From: Welwitschia mirabilis
Lineage: Eukaryota
Assembly: GCA_051453625.1 (NCBI GenBank)
Contig: JBOZIK010000001.1
Span: 14,623,232-14,679,206 of the forward strand
Direction: 5' to 3'
DNA length: 55,975 nt
The stretch's first letter is position 1; every line of letters starts with the position of its first letter. Under the pieces are notes generated by a model that searched no databases, was not told where the DNA came from, and saw nothing but the letters and a program-made list of their open reading frames with translations. Shown piece after piece: positions 53,030 through 55,975 of the stretch. A program made the position numbers and the translations under genes.

Positions 53030-55975
53030 CTTAATGAAAAATCTGAGCATAAATTTATCATTTTAAAAACTTTTATAAGAGAAATCTAAGTATTCTAGGT
53101 TATGAAAAGATTTTATTAGGAGAAAAGAAAAATGAATCATTTCTAGTAAAATCTTCCTAGTTCATTTCATTAATAACTTAGTTTTATAGAAGTGTCCAAA
53201 GTTTAAATATCTAGGGGTAGTAACTGTTAATATCACTCTAGAAGGAAATAGAAGAATGAAGAAAGCCATGATTGATATTGGAGCTAGTGTTAATATTATA
53301 CCCTTGTACATTTCTCAATAACTTTGGTTACAAAGTAGAATATAGCCTACAAGGATCATCTTAGAATTAGTAGATACATTAGTTAAGAAACCTTTAGACA
53401 TGATTAAGTATTTAGTCATTCAAATTGAAGANNNNNNNNNNNNNNNNNNNNNNNNNNNNNNNNNNNNNNNNNNNNNNNNNNNNNNNNNNNNNNNNNNNNN
53501 NNNNNNNNNNNNNNNNNNNNNNNNNNNNNNNTAATAACTTAGTTTTATAGAAGTAGCCAAATTTTAAAGATCTAGGGGTAATAACTGTTAGTATCACTTT
53601 GGAAGGAAACAGAAGAATGAAGAAAGTCATGATTGATATTGGAGCTAGTGTTAATATTATGCCCTTGTACATTTCTCAATAACTTTGGTTGAAAAGTATA
53701 ATATAGCCTACAAGGATCATCTTAGAATTAGTAGATACATTAGTTAAGAAACCTTTAGACATGATTAAGGATTTAGTCATTCAAATTGAAGAAGAATTCT
53801 ACACTATTGATGTGGTTGTGATAGAAGTTAAACATAATGATGGTTATCCATTACTTCCAGGTAGAGCATTTTATTCAATAGTCTATTGTATTATAGATAC
53901 CAAAATAGAAATGATAAAGTGTCATTTAGGAAATAAGGAATTTTCAATAAGAGTGTTCAATACAGTTAAAAAAAATTTTGGTGATTATTTAAGTGTGATA
54001 GAAGATATGCAACCAACTTTATTTTTACATCACTGTCCACTTGAAGAAAGATGGCAATGATCAACTTGAAGTAGATTACTTGAAAGATTTTAATTAATAT
54101 TAACTTAATTTTAATCATTTAGAAATTGATTATTTTAATCTATAGAGTAGAAAGGTTAAGTCTATTAACTGTGTAGAAATCCAAGATTTGAGCAGAACTA
54201 AGATTTCTTATTTTGAGAACGGTTGTCCACTACTACCATCCGAAAGACAATATGAGGCAATAGTGAATTTTCCTAAAAATTTGATAAGAAATAAAAATTT
54301 GAATTCAAATATGAATCTGAAACCTTTACTTAGTTGACTAAAATACATCTTTCTGTGTAACGATCAAAACAAACCTTTGATAATTAATGAAAATCTATCC
54401 CCTCAATAAGAATTGATCTTAATTTAACTTTTGCAATCTAAGGTAAATTCATTTGCTTAGTTCCATAAAGATTTTACAGTCATTCCTACCTTAGTTATTC
54501 AACATAGCATTTACCTTGAAGATAATGCAAAATATATNNNNNNNNNNNNNNNNNNNNNNNNNNNNNNNNNNNNNNNNNNNNNNNNNNNNNNNNNNNNNNN
54601 NNNNNNNNNNNNNNNNNNNNNNNNNNNNNNNNNNNNNACCTTTGATAATTAATGAAAATCTATCCCCTTAATAAGAATCGAGCTTAATTTCACATTTTCA
54701 ATCTAAGGTAAATTCATTTTCTTTATATCCATTCCTACCTTAGTTATTCAACATAAAATTTACCTTGAAGATAATGTGAAATCTATTAAGCAACCTCAAC
54801 ATAGACTTAATTTAGCCCTTAAGCAAGTTATTAAAGATGAAATTATAAAATTAATGGATGCTAGAATCATTTATGTTATAACTAATAGTGAGTGGCTTAT
54901 CACTTTAATGGTAGTTCCTAAGAAAGAAGGAAATCAAGGATGTGCATTGATTTCAGAAAATTAAATAAAGTATCCAAAAAAGATCATTGTCCTTTGTCTT
55001 TTCTTAATTAGATACTTGATAGAATATAAGAACACACTTTTTATTATTTTCTTGATGGATACAGTGGTGACAATTAGGTTTATATTGCTAGTGAGAATTA
55101 GGCTAAACATACTTTTACTTCATATTTTGGTACTTTTTCTTTTTGACATATACTTTTAGACTTTGCAATACTCCTGGTACTTTTTAGCATGTTATGATGG
55201 GTATTCTTTTTAATATGTTAGAGGATTCGATAGAAATTTTTAATCTTAGAAAGATTAGATAAAGTCCTTAATAGATGTAGTTCTAAAGTATTACATTTGA
55301 GTTGGGATAAAAGTTTATTTTTAGTCAAGAATGGAATTGTTTTAGGTCATCATATTACAAAAGAATGGATTANNNNNNNNNNNNNNNNNNNNNNNNNNNN
55401 NNNNNNNNNNNNNNNNNNNNNNNNNNNNNNNNNNNNNNNNNNNNNNNNNNNNNNNNNNNNNNNNNNNNNNNNTACTTCATATTTTGGTAGTTTTTCTTTT
55501 TGATGTATACCTTTTAGACTTTGCAATACTCTTGGTACTTTTTAGCATGCTATGATGGGTATTCTTTTTAATATGTTAGAGGATTCGATAGAAATTTTTA
55601 TGAATAACTTCTCTATTTATGTTAAAAATTTTGAATAAATCTTAGAAAGGTTAGAGAAAGTCCTTGATAGGTATAGTTCTAAAGCATTACATTTGAGTTG
55701 GAATAAAAGTTTATTTTTAGTTGAGAATGGAATTTTTTTAGATCATCATATTTTAAAAGAATGGATTATGATGGATCCTAAAAAGTTGGTATCATCCAAA
55801 ACCTAAGTTCACTAATAAATGTTAAATAAGTTCAATCCTTTCTTAGTTATTGTAGTTTTTATTATCAATTTAGTCAGGATTATGTAAACATTTATAGACC
55901 CCTTCACTTATTACTAGAAAAGAAGCTAAATTTGAATGAAATGAATATTGTTAATTACTTTTGATACACTTATAT
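53030..55975 (+). pseudogene. pol: Gypsy protease and RT pseudogene
   Basis: MIDIGASVNIMP; KQPQHRLNLALKQVIKDEIIKLMDARIIY..SEW..VVPKK; CIDFRKLNKVSKKDH; FLDGYSG; EIFMNNFSIY (FMDD); GIVLGH. Confidence 0.9.

Larger units (their letters stand above)
6619..55472. other. Numerous scaffold gaps (mostly ~100 N) spread through this span
   Basis: N runs. Most ORF-track entries containing X simply bridge these gaps. Confidence 0.95.
48409..55975 (+). mobile_element. Second Gypsy (Athila-like) element inserted in the 3' region of the first; runs off the window end
   Basis: LTR TGATA...TATCA, a long UTR, then gag, protease and RT motifs. Confidence 0.82.

Noticed and set aside
1..55975. Fungal RIP or a prokaryotic/viral defence system
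   Set aside because: The elements are plant lineages (SIRE-like, Athila-like, plant L1). There are no intact genes, operons or RNA genes, and methylation-driven deamination is sufficient to explain the bias.

Overview
This window is AT-rich, strongly CpG-depleted, gene-free plant-type heterochromatin from a gapped scaffold. It consists almost entirely of nested, heavily decayed retrotransposons, and I see no intact host gene, RNA gene or prokaryotic feature. In order it holds: a Gypsy-type 3' LTR (318-1708); a faint minus-strand Copia remnant; and a plus-strand SIRE/Sirevirus-like Copia (LTR 4524-5929, PBS, gag) whose gag-pol appears to resume at 17316 and run to ~32570. That Copia is interrupted by a Gypsy integrase fragment, a minus-strand gag-only Copia (8190-17315) and a full-length L1-type LINE (18231-29783) with a 15-bp target-site duplication inside the integrase 'DDYS' motif. 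An Athila-like Gypsy (32571-~48400) follows, itself interrupted by a second Gypsy (48409-end). At most ~100-N gaps the sequence restarts with a diverged second or third copy of what precedes the gap, including the insertion junctions. The whole nested block therefore seems to exist in at least 2-3 diverged versions interleaved by the assembler. Mutations are overwhelmingly C>T/G>A, also outside CpG. I found no convincing novel biological system. The best leads are the multi-copy composite block, a possible tandem RNase H-like pair in LINE ORF2 and the gag-only element. All domain calls come from manual translation and motif recall, not database searches.
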